A DNA stretch of 24,055 bases from the IMG/VR virus record IMGVR_UViG_3300034375_010355, positions 1 to 24,055 of that record, one strand, 5' to 3'. Shown here one piece after another: positions 17,048 through 24,055 of this stretch. Below the pieces are notes generated by a model. The model did no database searches, was not told where the DNA came from, and saw nothing but the letters and a program-made list of their open reading frames with translations. A program made the position numbers and the translations under genes. Within the stretch, counting starts at the first letter, position 1, and every line of letters begins with the position of its first letter. The stretch is from a virus (taxonomy: Duplodnaviria; Caudoviricetes).

Positions 17048-17218
17048 TCATTCTTTACTGCCGGGGGTCAAATCTACATCCATGCCGGTTTTTTTTTCAA
17101 TTATTTCTTCTACAAGCTCTTCAAGCTCATTGTCATCTTCGAGTTTAAAAACCTTATTGGCTGTAACAGTCAAAATAGCTGCTCCTGCCAGGATAGATAA
17201 AATGGTAAGATATGTCAT
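17048..17218 (-). CDS. small membrane-anchored protein (missed by ORF track)
   Basis: MTYLTILSILAGAAILTVTANKVFKLEDDNELEELVEEIIEKKTGMDVDLTPGSKE (56 aa); an alternative GTG at 17227 overlaps the upstream stop. Confidence 0.75.
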   Translation of the reverse strand: MTYLTILSILAGAAILTVTANKVFKLEDDNELEELVEEIIEKKTGMDVDLTPGSKE

Positions 17219-17226
17219 TTCTTTCA

Positions 17227-17670
17227 CTATTTGATTTTTCCGACTCTTTTTTTAGGTGCTGCATTAACTTTAAATAAAGGCTTAGTTTCTGGCAAAATAA
17301 TTTCTATAGTTTCTTTGTCAAAGCCCTTTTTTTTGAGTATATGGATTTTTTCTTGAAGCTCTTGGGTTTTTTTGGCTTTTTGTAGCTCTTTTTCTTTGGC
17401 TTCTAATTCTTGTTTTTGCAAGCATTCCTGCTCTTTTTCTTTAAGATATTTTGGGTCGTTTAGGTGTTCTTTGGCATAAGGCAGGACTTCTATAATTGCT
17501 ATATCGCTTAGGCCGGCAGATTGCATTTTTTTTATTTTGTCTAATTGAGCTTGTTTTTCTTTTGCTTGTATCTCAGCATGTTCTTTTCGAGACTCTTCTT
17601 GCAGTGATAGATGGTCAGCAATTTGTCTTGGAGTCATCTCAATTTTTTTTCCGTTGACAATTCTATACAT
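17227..17670 (-). CDS. hypothetical protein, possible tail-fibre chaperone
   Basis: Directly after the tail fibre with GAGGA RBS; YRIVNG...EMT start; internal duplication (GLSDIAIIEVLP / GFDKETIEIILP). Confidence 0.65.
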   Translation of the reverse strand: MYRIVNGKKIEMTPRQIADHLSLQEESRKEHAEIQAKEKQAQLDKIKKMQSAGLSDIAIIEVLPYAKEHLNDPKYLKEKEQECLQKQELEAKEKELQKAKKTQELQEKIHILKKKGFDKETIEIILPETKPLFKVNAAPKKRVGKIK

Positions 17671-17674
17671 AATT

Positions 17675-20518
17675 TTATTCCTCGATTATCCTGCGTCCGT
17701 AAAGTTCTATACTTCCATCGGCAAAATTTCCTGAACTCCAATAAAATTTGATCCAGTTATAATCATTTGATGTTTTTGCAATCCAAGTCATCGAACACAA
17801 ACCTTGATATCCAAAGCCGCTTTGATTAGCGCATTGTGTATGCCCTTTTAGATTAAATCTTGCAGAATTATTATTACAGTTAACTAAATAAACTTCGCCT
17901 TGAACACCATTGTAAGAATTGCCTACCAAGACTGCTAGCCAAGGTGTTGAGGTATTAGTTGTTCCTGACGGTGCTAAGCCACCAGTAGTATTAGCGGTAT
18001 ATCCATAACCGCCATAACCTGTAACGTCAGTAGAACCTCCATTAATAGAACCTCGAAAGTACAAAGCTACATTGTTTGTGACAGGTTTGATTGAATTTAA
18101 TTTAAAATAAAACTCGTCATACTCTGCCGGTAGATCAAATTCAATAGTAGCCCCTGTTCCTGACCCATAAGAAACAAATTCCCATTCTAATTTTTTCTTT
18201 GGAGTTTTTGTTAAAATGCCATCTATGCCTTTTGACAGTGTTGTAAACGTCCAGGCATCGCTTGCACTCATTTGAGCGTTAAAGGAAGCAACTCTTACGC
18301 AGGCATTTCCAGCATAATTGGCCTCTGTTAGCGTTGAAAAGCAAAAAACGCTTTTGCGATTATCTGCTACTTTATCATCGCTTGCTCCAATATCTGCTGC
18401 TGCCGGTAAAACGCTCAGTTGTGGCTCTCTTCCAACAAAAAATAAAGGACTGGCATCACTATTATTTGCTGCTAAATAGATTGTAAATGTTACATCCTCA
18501 TCAATAGCGTTTCCTGTATCGAATCCGAATAAATTATCGTCCATGTCGCTATCTGTAAGCGTTTGATTGCTTGTAAGAGTATGCAAAACAGGCTTTCCTG
18601 TTGTTACATTTGATAGCGTACAGACATATGCCGGATTTGTTGCCGATAAAGCGTTACCGTCACCGCCTTGAATTGTTATAACACCGCCGGATAGGGTCAT
18701 AGACAGGTTTTCAACGTGACCGGGAACTAAGCGCATTGGCTCATTAGTTATCCCATTATTAACGATTACAGTATCAAATGTCGGCTCTGCAAGATCTAAG
18801 TCTCGATCCGGAGCTGTAATTGTCCGAGTAGTGCCAGTTGTAATCCCTGAAGCTTCAAAGGCAATTTCTTTTGTGTTGTCGGCATCATCAAGAATTCTAA
18901 AAGTATTATCGTAAACATCCGTAGCTGCCGGTATTGTCTGAAATGTTGGCAAAGCTCCTGCGCCATTTGACGTTAGCACCTGATTAGCTGTTCCGACACT
19001 TGCGATAGACTGCTGTGCGCCTGTGCCTGTGGTTCCACCGCAAAGAACCGCATAGGCTGTATGAGAAGCTCTTCCGCTTCCACCGCTGGCAACATTTAAT
19101 GGAGTGCCGGTAAGTGTAAGCCCTGCAAAACTTGGGTTAGCGTCAGTAGTAAGATCTTGGTTGAGCAAAGAAGCTGCTTCAACAGTTAAATTTCCATGTA
19201 GAGCAAAAGTTCTGTCTGCGCCATTGACTGTATAATTAATAGTCCGGTTGGCACTGTCGTTTTCATTCCATACGAAATTTACGGTGTGTGAATCGTCCGT
19301 ATCATAAAGCTTAAAAGCTCCTGTTGCGCTTAAATCGGTAAATGCGCCACTAGAAGGTGTTGTTCCACCAATGGCAGGAGGCTCTGCTAGTAGTGAACTT
19401 ACGTTACCGGGAACTAAAGCTTTATTAGTAGCTGTTACAGCGATTGCTTCGGCATTGGTTGCGGTTTCTATCACACCTTTTTGAGCTGTAGTTGCGTCAT
19501 TGGCTGTAACAATTACATTATTGCCGGTGCCGGCTGTTAAAATGCCTTGCGCTGCTGTACCGACAATACCAAGCACACCACCGCTTGAAGGTGTTGCGCT
19601 GCCGGCATCTGTGGAAAAACTCGCTCCGGTATATTGAAATAGCTTTACCCATGAAGTGATAAAGATGTAAACGGTATCCTCATCCTCAACTTCGCAAAAG
19701 GTTCCTTCTGTCGGGGTAAAGGCTACCCAAGTAGCTCCGTCATATTCGACAATGTCGCCCTGTAAAGCTCCATCCCAAGCGGCATTAGGGGCACCCGAAC
19801 TATCCAGTATGTAGCGATCTCCGTTAACCTCAGTAGGAGGAGGGGCAGTTGAGGTGGCAATAGATTTAACACTGTCCTGAGCGTCTCCTAATTGGTTGTT
19901 TGATAGTTTGATCCATGTAGCGATTGAAGCTGTTACATCGGTTAGCAAATAGCCGGTATCCGAGCTTGTATCTATCCACAATGTTGGGACTGTATAGCTA
20001 TTATCCGAGGTGTTGGGATTTCTGGAATCGCTGGTGTAGGTTAAAGACGAAATCGAGCCTGAAAGCTTGATCCAATCCGACCCATCGTAGATATAAAAGT
20101 CCGTAAGATCGTTGGAATAGCAGATTTGACCGGCTTGTGGCGTATAGTCTACCCAAGAGCTTCCGGTATATTCAACATATTCGTCATTTGTAGCCCCTAT
20201 AGCCGTCCATCCTGCATCCACCGGTGTCTGATTACCTAAAATGTAGGAATCGCCGACAGAGGCCACAGGAGGAGCTAGAGAGGCATCGTAAAAATCGTCA
20301 AAGTTTCGGGGAAATGGAGTTTCGCCAAGATCTAACCAAGTGCCGGCCGAGCCATCATCCAAAATCAGAATGAAGCCCTTTTGCGAGCTGTCATTGACCC
20401 AAAGAGTCGGAACACCATAATTGGTGTCTGAAGGCAAAGGGTCTCTTGTTTTATGGACTGTATGAATTCCGATTAGACGTAGGATGTTCTCAGTTGCGGA
20501 AGGTTTATAGTTCGGCAT
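17675..20518 (-). CDS. tail fibre / receptor-binding protein with two DUF2793-like modules
   Basis: 947 aa, T/G/A-rich; repeated PP....GD.YIL...W.....EY.G..W...TP..G modules; ATTAQKGVIETATNAEA fibre repeat; GTANQVLTSNGAGALPTFQ. Confidence 0.8.
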   Translation of the reverse strand: MPNYKPSATENILRLIGIHTVHKTRDPLPSDTNYGVPTLWVNDSSQKGFILILDDGSAGTWLDLGETPFPRNFDDFYDASLAPPVASVGDSYILGNQTPVDAGWTAIGATNDEYVEYTGSSWVDYTPQAGQICYSNDLTDFYIYDGSDWIKLSGSISSLTYTSDSRNPNTSDNSYTVPTLWIDTSSDTGYLLTDVTASIATWIKLSNNQLGDAQDSVKSIATSTAPPPTEVNGDRYILDSSGAPNAAWDGALQGDIVEYDGATWVAFTPTEGTFCEVEDEDTVYIFITSWVKLFQYTGASFSTDAGSATPSSGGVLGIVGTAAQGILTAGTGNNVIVTANDATTAQKGVIETATNAEAIAVTATNKALVPGNVSSLLAEPPAIGGTTPSSGAFTDLSATGAFKLYDTDDSHTVNFVWNENDSANRTINYTVNGADRTFALHGNLTVEAASLLNQDLTTDANPSFAGLTLTGTPLNVASGGSGRASHTAYAVLCGGTTGTGAQQSIASVGTANQVLTSNGAGALPTFQTIPAATDVYDNTFRILDDADNTKEIAFEASGITTGTTRTITAPDRDLDLAEPTFDTVIVNNGITNEPMRLVPGHVENLSMTLSGGVITIQGGDGNALSATNPAYVCTLSNVTTGKPVLHTLTSNQTLTDSDMDDNLFGFDTGNAIDEDVTFTIYLAANNSDASPLFFVGREPQLSVLPAAADIGASDDKVADNRKSVFCFSTLTEANYAGNACVRVASFNAQMSASDAWTFTTLSKGIDGILTKTPKKKLEWEFVSYGSGTGATIEFDLPAEYDEFYFKLNSIKPVTNNVALYFRGSINGGSTDVTGYGGYGYTANTTGGLAPSGTTNTSTPWLAVLVGNSYNGVQGEVYLVNCNNNSARFNLKGHTQCANQSGFGYQGLCSMTWIAKTSNDYNWIKFYWSSGNFADGSIELYGRRIIEE

Positions 20519-20528
20519 CTGCTAACTC

Positions 20529-21089
20529 CTAGCTAAAAGTGTAATTACTATATGTCCTTTTATGGGCTTCTCCACCCGATGTATACGCTGTATAGCCTGT
20601 TGAATTGATGTTATTGCCATCAAGATCGGTAAGCTCAAAAGTTTTTGCTACGCTATTCCAGTTAGCGACTTTATAGAACTTGTCGTTAAGTTGGGTCATG
20701 CCCACTACACCGTCAATCTCTATAACATCACCATCCGCAATATCGTCTGCGTCACCTCCGGCATATGCCGTAGCGTCTACCGTAACAACTATCGGATTGG
20801 CTTTCGTAGCCCCGGTAATTGTCACTTGGTCACCATTATCATACACATGTAGAAAATCTGCTCTTCCATCTGCGTATTTAGTGGCAATTACATCACCTGC
20901 TGCATCGTAGGTGTTTTGCGCTATACGCCAACCGGCTACTGTTTCAGCAAGGCCGGCTTTTGCGTAAGCATTGATGGTAACATTTGAACCGCCTTCTTTT
21001 GAGAAGCGAGCCGACCAAAAGATCACTTGCTCGCTAAAAGGCTGGCCATTTGGATCAAGAATGATCTTGGGTCTGTAGTCTACAGCCAT
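20529..21089 (-). CDS. virion protein with E1-FCCH-like beta domain
   Basis: ITGATKANPIVVT...DGDVIEI.GVVGMTQLN...Y.V...TFEL...NSTGYTAYTSGG matches the phage 'ubiquitin-activating enzyme E1 FCCH' domain pattern. Confidence 0.75.
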   Translation of the reverse strand: MAVDYRPKIILDPNGQPFSEQVIFWSARFSKEGGSNVTINAYAKAGLAETVAGWRIAQNTYDAAGDVIATKYADGRADFLHVYDNGDQVTITGATKANPIVVTVDATAYAGGDADDIADGDVIEIDGVVGMTQLNDKFYKVANWNSVAKTFELTDLDGNNINSTGYTAYTSGGEAHKRTYSNYTFS

Positions 21090-21100
21090 TTTTGACCCCC

Positions 21101-21697
21101 TTAAATTGATACTACTGAGTAGTAAGTGCGTACTACCAAGGTATTATCATTTGCAGCGTTTCCGGCTACTTCTCCACCGCCTAGGTTGTCTAGGACTAGA
21201 GCTTGGTTTTCAATGCCTGTGGCTGCGACAATCGCATCTGCTGCTGCTACTGCATTGGTGTAAGTGTCTGCTGTTTGGTCAATGAAGCCTGTACCCTCGA
21301 TTTGTGTACAAACTTGAACGCCTGTATCATCAGTATATTTGATTCCAAAAGTGACACCACTTTCAGTAAATGCGTTAGTTCCACCGTAGTCTAGTTTTAA
21401 AAGTGCGCTATGGAACATCAAAGCTTTGCCGGCTCCGGGAGCTGCTACAAGATCAATTTGAGTGGCTGCAAGTGCTTTGACTTGTGCGCTTGTAAGAGTT
21501 ACATCTGCGTAAAGAATTTTACCCTTAGCTTCAAGCACTTCATCGAGATTGTCGTACATGCCTTTGACAGATACGGCTCTGTCATCTCTAGTGCCTGCTT
21601 GAATTTGTGCGTCTGTGCCAAATTGCACAAGTCCGGCAGCTTTACGTGAAGCGATTTGTCTGCCTCTGTCAGCAGGATTTAAATCCATTTTAGCCAT
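21101..21697 (-). CDS. virion structural protein (decoration/fibre-like)
   Basis: ATG 21697 (MAKMDL) has GGAGG RBS, preferred over 21724; AGLVQFGTDAQIQAG fibre-like repeat; LVAAPGAGK beta-rich C-terminus. Confidence 0.65.
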   Translation of the reverse strand: MAKMDLNPADRGRQIASRKAAGLVQFGTDAQIQAGTRDDRAVSVKGMYDNLDEVLEAKGKILYADVTLTSAQVKALAATQIDLVAAPGAGKALMFHSALLKLDYGGTNAFTESGVTFGIKYTDDTGVQVCTQIEGTGFIDQTADTYTNAVAAADAIVAATGIENQALVLDNLGGGEVAGNAANDNTLVVRTYYSVVSI

Positions 21698-21738
21698 TTC
21701 ATACCTCCCTCTTTGGTATTTCACGGTCTTTAAGACCG

Positions 21739-21767
21739 TTGCATGGTTTTAAAATAGATTTTATAGT
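21739..21767 (+). promoter_or_regulatory. promoter for RAMP-like cassette
   Basis: TTGCAT-17-TATAGT; its -35 abuts the palindrome ACGGTCTT-T-AAGACCGT (21723-21739). Confidence 0.5.
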
Positions 21768-21864
21768 TTTTGACTAAATGTTGCTAATTATTTTTTTTAT
21801 ATGGAATTTTATTCAATTTTTCCATAAGTTTTTTTTCTTTTATTTCATTACTTATGAGCTATTT

Positions 21865-22470
21865 ATGTCTATTGTGTCTGTTAAAGTTGAAATTGAAGGT
21901 ACTAAGCCTTTTCTGTATCACAAATTTAACATCGAAGAAATCTCTTCACTTTCAAAAATCAAAGAAGGTTCTGCCGGGAATAATCCATCTGAATGGCGAA
22001 AAACATTTCATTCAGTCGGAAAAAAATTATTCATCCCATCCGTTTATTTTTTTAGCTGCCTGCGTGATGGTTCGAAATACACCAAAGTGGGTAGAGGGAC
22101 TATTCAAAAAACTCTCATGGCTGCTTTAAACATTGAAAGTGACAAATCCTTTATTGAAAACAGAGAATTACCGATTGAACCCCAATATTTAGTCAATGAA
22201 AGCCTGCCTTTTGATTCTTCCTTTGATCTTTATGTCGATGTTAGAGGTGTTATGAATCCAAATTCTAAAGGACGTAATGTTAGATACCGTTTAACGATGA
22301 ATACAGGCTGGAAAACGTCATTTGTTTTTAACTATGATAACGAGCTAGTTTCTAAAGACCAGATGAAAAAAATTGTCCAAGATTCCGGAAAAATGATCGG
22401 GGTAGGAGACGCTTTAGCGTTGGGATACGGACGTTTTGCTGTAAATAGCTATGAAATTTTAAAAAGTTAA
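21865..22470 (+). CDS. stand-alone RAMP/Cas7-like protein (Vipr-like)
   Basis: Likely start MSIVSVKVEIEG (201 aa; the 21778 extension is low-complexity AT-rich). N-terminal strand VEIEGTKPFLYH, LFIPSVYFFSCL (cf. RAMP IPGSSLKG), thumb-like DVRGV...GRNVRYR, W..SF, and C-terminal Gly loop GKMIGVGD....GYGRF. Confidence 0.75.
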   Translation: MSIVSVKVEIEGTKPFLYHKFNIEEISSLSKIKEGSAGNNPSEWRKTFHSVGKKLFIPSVYFFSCLRDGSKYTKVGRGTIQKTLMAALNIESDKSFIENRELPIEPQYLVNESLPFDSSFDLYVDVRGVMNPNSKGRNVRYRLTMNTGWKTSFVFNYDNELVSKDQMKKIVQDSGKMIGVGDALALGYGRFAVNSYEILKS

Positions 22471-22480
22471 ACAAAAACAC

Positions 22481-22839
22481 GGCCAGGTTGGGCCAGGCTT
22501 GGCACGGCAGGGTGGGGCAAGGCAGGGCTAGGTGCGGTATGGCATGGCAAGGTATAAGTTTTTAAGAGGGTAAAAAGTTCATCAAAACAAGGCTGGGCAA
22601 GGTATGGCAAGGTCAGCTGGGGCAAGGCGTGGCGAGGTTTGGTATGGCATGGCAAGGTATAAGTTTTTAAGAGGATAACGAGTTAAACGAAGCGAACAGG
22701 GCAAGGCGTGGCAAGGCGTGGCTTGGTAGGGCGAGATTCGGTAAGGCTTGGCAAGGTATAAGTTTTTGTGAGGGTAAAGAGTTAAACTAGGCGTGGCAAG
22801 GTGGGGTGAGGCTGGGCAAGGTATGGCAGGGCCAGGCAA
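22481..22839 (+). repeat. array of four GGY-NN pentamer tracts with conserved linkers (putative guide RNAs)
   Basis: Tracts 22481-22555 (15 units), 22591-22660 (14), 22700-22759 (12), 22790-22839 (10); only GCTGG (22616) and GATTC (22735) deviate from GGY. Linker consensus AAGTTTTTnnGAGGRTAAnnAGTT. Confidence 0.95.
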
Positions 22840-22845
22840 CAACTC

Positions 22846-24054
22846 TTAATCCTCAATTCCAAGATCCTCAAGAGACAAATTCTCTTCTTGAGCAAATTTT
22901 CCAAGCTCTCTTAAAAGCTCAGCAATTAAAGGTGCTGCTTTCTCTAAAAATTTCTGAGGATTGCGTATTTTATTGTTTTTTGCCAAGTCAATCAGCAATT
23001 TAGAATAGTTTGGATTAGAAAAGATTTCTGATTGCATTTTTAAAAGGCGTGTTTTTGCAACAGGGCTGGCGATTAGTGGAAGAATAGAACCGCTAGAAAC
23101 ACTTGCGATTATTGATGTAATAGGAGCTAACATGTTTTCATAAGAAACCAATGTTGTGCCCGATCCTGAAAAGTTTCTAAATTTGTCCAGTGCTTCTCCA
23201 GCTTCTCCGGCAATTTTTTGAAGGTTTTCCAGGCTCTTGAATTGTTTTCCCCCCAACAAGTTCTTTAACCTTTTTTTTGTGGCTGCATCTTTAAAAACAT
23301 TAGCTGCTTTTTTTAAACTGATATCTCCGGTTTTCGTGTAAAGCGGCTTTACAATAGCATACTCCACAAGCGTCTTCTTAAAATCATCTTTTAGGCTGTT
23401 GCTTTTCTCTAACAGATTGTCAAATTGACCGGCTAGTTCTTCGGAGTATCTGCCTTTCATTTTTGCGCTTGGCAAAACATCCATTAATTTATCGAATCTT
23501 TCAGGGATATCAGCATAAGATACAATCTTGTCATAGCGTTTGGTTTTAAGAAGTTTCGCAATTTCAGGTTCAGAGGTAATAGTCTTCGCAAGCTCTGCAA
23601 ATCTTTTATTTGCCTCTCTTAGATTATTTCCGAACAATGAGGATTTGACAGGTTTCAAAGCATTTTCGATTTCTTTGCTAATTCCTAAAAGTGTTTTTGA
23701 AACACCTCCAAACTGCTCATAATTTATGATATTGTTAATATCTTTAAGAGTTTCTATAAGAGTATTAACAGATATTACACCGCCTTTTTCTGGAACTATC
23801 TTTTGAGTTAATTCTTTTTCTATTTCGATTAATTGATTGGCAAGTTTACGATCCAAGTCTGTGCCAAATTTCTTTTTCAAAAGCTCTTGTCTTTTTTTCA
23901 AAAAATCCGACAATTCTTCACTTGTAAAGCCATCTTTTTTAGCTAAAAACCTTTTATATTCTTTATGAAAAGTCTTGGCTCTGTCTGTATTAAAATCTTT
24001 CTCTAAAGCTTTTTGACCTTTAAGAAGATCTTTCGTCTCAGTTTTATTTAATTT
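22846..24054 (-). CDS. C-terminal part of large helical protein, probably internal virion/ejection protein (runs off right edge)
   Basis: The frame stays open from 23913 to the window end; K/L/E-rich helical sequence with NFSGSGT motif near the C-terminus; lies in the virion operon. Confidence 0.6.
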   Translation of the reverse strand, partial: KLNKTETKDLLKGQKALEKDFNTDRAKTFHKEYKRFLAKKDGFTSEELSDFLKKRQELLKKKFGTDLDRKLANQLIEIEKELTQKIVPEKGGVISVNTLIETLKDINNIINYEQFGGVSKTLLGISKEIENALKPVKSSLFGNNLREANKRFAELAKTITSEPEIAKLLKTKRYDKIVSYADIPERFDKLMDVLPSAKMKGRYSEELAGQFDNLLEKSNSLKDDFKKTLVEYAIVKPLYTKTGDISLKKAANVFKDAATKKRLKNLLGGKQFKSLENLQKIAGEAGEALDKFRNFSGSGTTLVSYENMLAPITSIIASVSSGSILPLIASPVAKTRLLKMQSEIFSNPNYSKLLIDLAKNNKIRNPQKFLEKAAPLIAELLRELGKFAQEENLSLEDLGIED

Positions 24055-24055
24055 T

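Noticed and set aside
17025-17234. Plus-strand 69-aa Ser-rich ORF
   Set aside because: Antisense shadow of the minus-strand 56-aa membrane protein at 17048-17218.
19799-19828. Partial gapped self-match of tract 4 to tail-fibre codons VNGDRYI
   Set aside because: 5 of 10 dinucleotides match; not distinguishable from chance without a null model.
20529-21089. FCCH-like domain as evidence for a ubiquitin-like system
   Set aside because: No adenylation domain, E2 or Ubl nearby; this beta domain is common in phage virion proteins.
21778-21864. Hydrophobic N-terminal extension of the RAMP-like ORF as a membrane anchor
   Set aside because: F/I-rich translation of a T-rich leader; the ATG at 21865 starts right at the first predicted RAMP strand.
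22481-22839. Array as a canonical CRISPR, simple microsatellite or G-quadruplex
   Set aside because: The would-be spacers are themselves GGY-periodic. Variation is confined to positions 4-5 (and C/T at 3) with phase kept, unlike slippage microsatellites. Two-tier G4 folding is possible but does not explain the linkers or the adjacent RAMP gene.
22467-22842. Minus-strand ORFs 22467-22655 and 22582-22842 with PCHA/PHLA-like repeats
   Set aside because: Shadow translations of the pentamer array; a 5-nt period gives these Pro/Cys/His/Ala patterns, and there is no RBS support.

Overview
AT-rich tailed-phage (or prophage) DNA. Left, minus strand: the start of a late/packaging operon (DUF1064-like nuclease, SpoVG-like protein, ParB-N protein, putative TerS, TerL, P22-like portal, start of a probable scaffold gene). 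Centre, mostly plus strand: early genes (ArdA antirestriction, replication initiator, degenerate DnaC-like ATPase, RelBE-like toxin-antitoxin pair, Cro-like HTH, PD-(D/E)XK nuclease, Gp157-like protein, ERF recombinase). Right, minus strand: virion genes (large internal-virion-like protein, FCCH-domain protein, tail fibre). The standout is a compact plus-strand cassette at about 21720-22845, inserted against the virion operon. It holds a lone ~201-aa RAMP/Cas7-like gene followed 10 nt later by a non-coding array of four tracts of GGY-NN pentamers (15, 14, 12 and 10 units; 49 of 51 start GGY). The NN dinucleotides vary and the tracts are separated by a conserved ~24-nt linker. This looks like a minimal RNA-guided system whose guide information sits in interleaved dinucleotides rather than in CRISPR spacers. 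It matches my recollection of the recently reported VIPR-type systems, which I could not verify here. All family calls are from motif recognition by eye; no searches were run.
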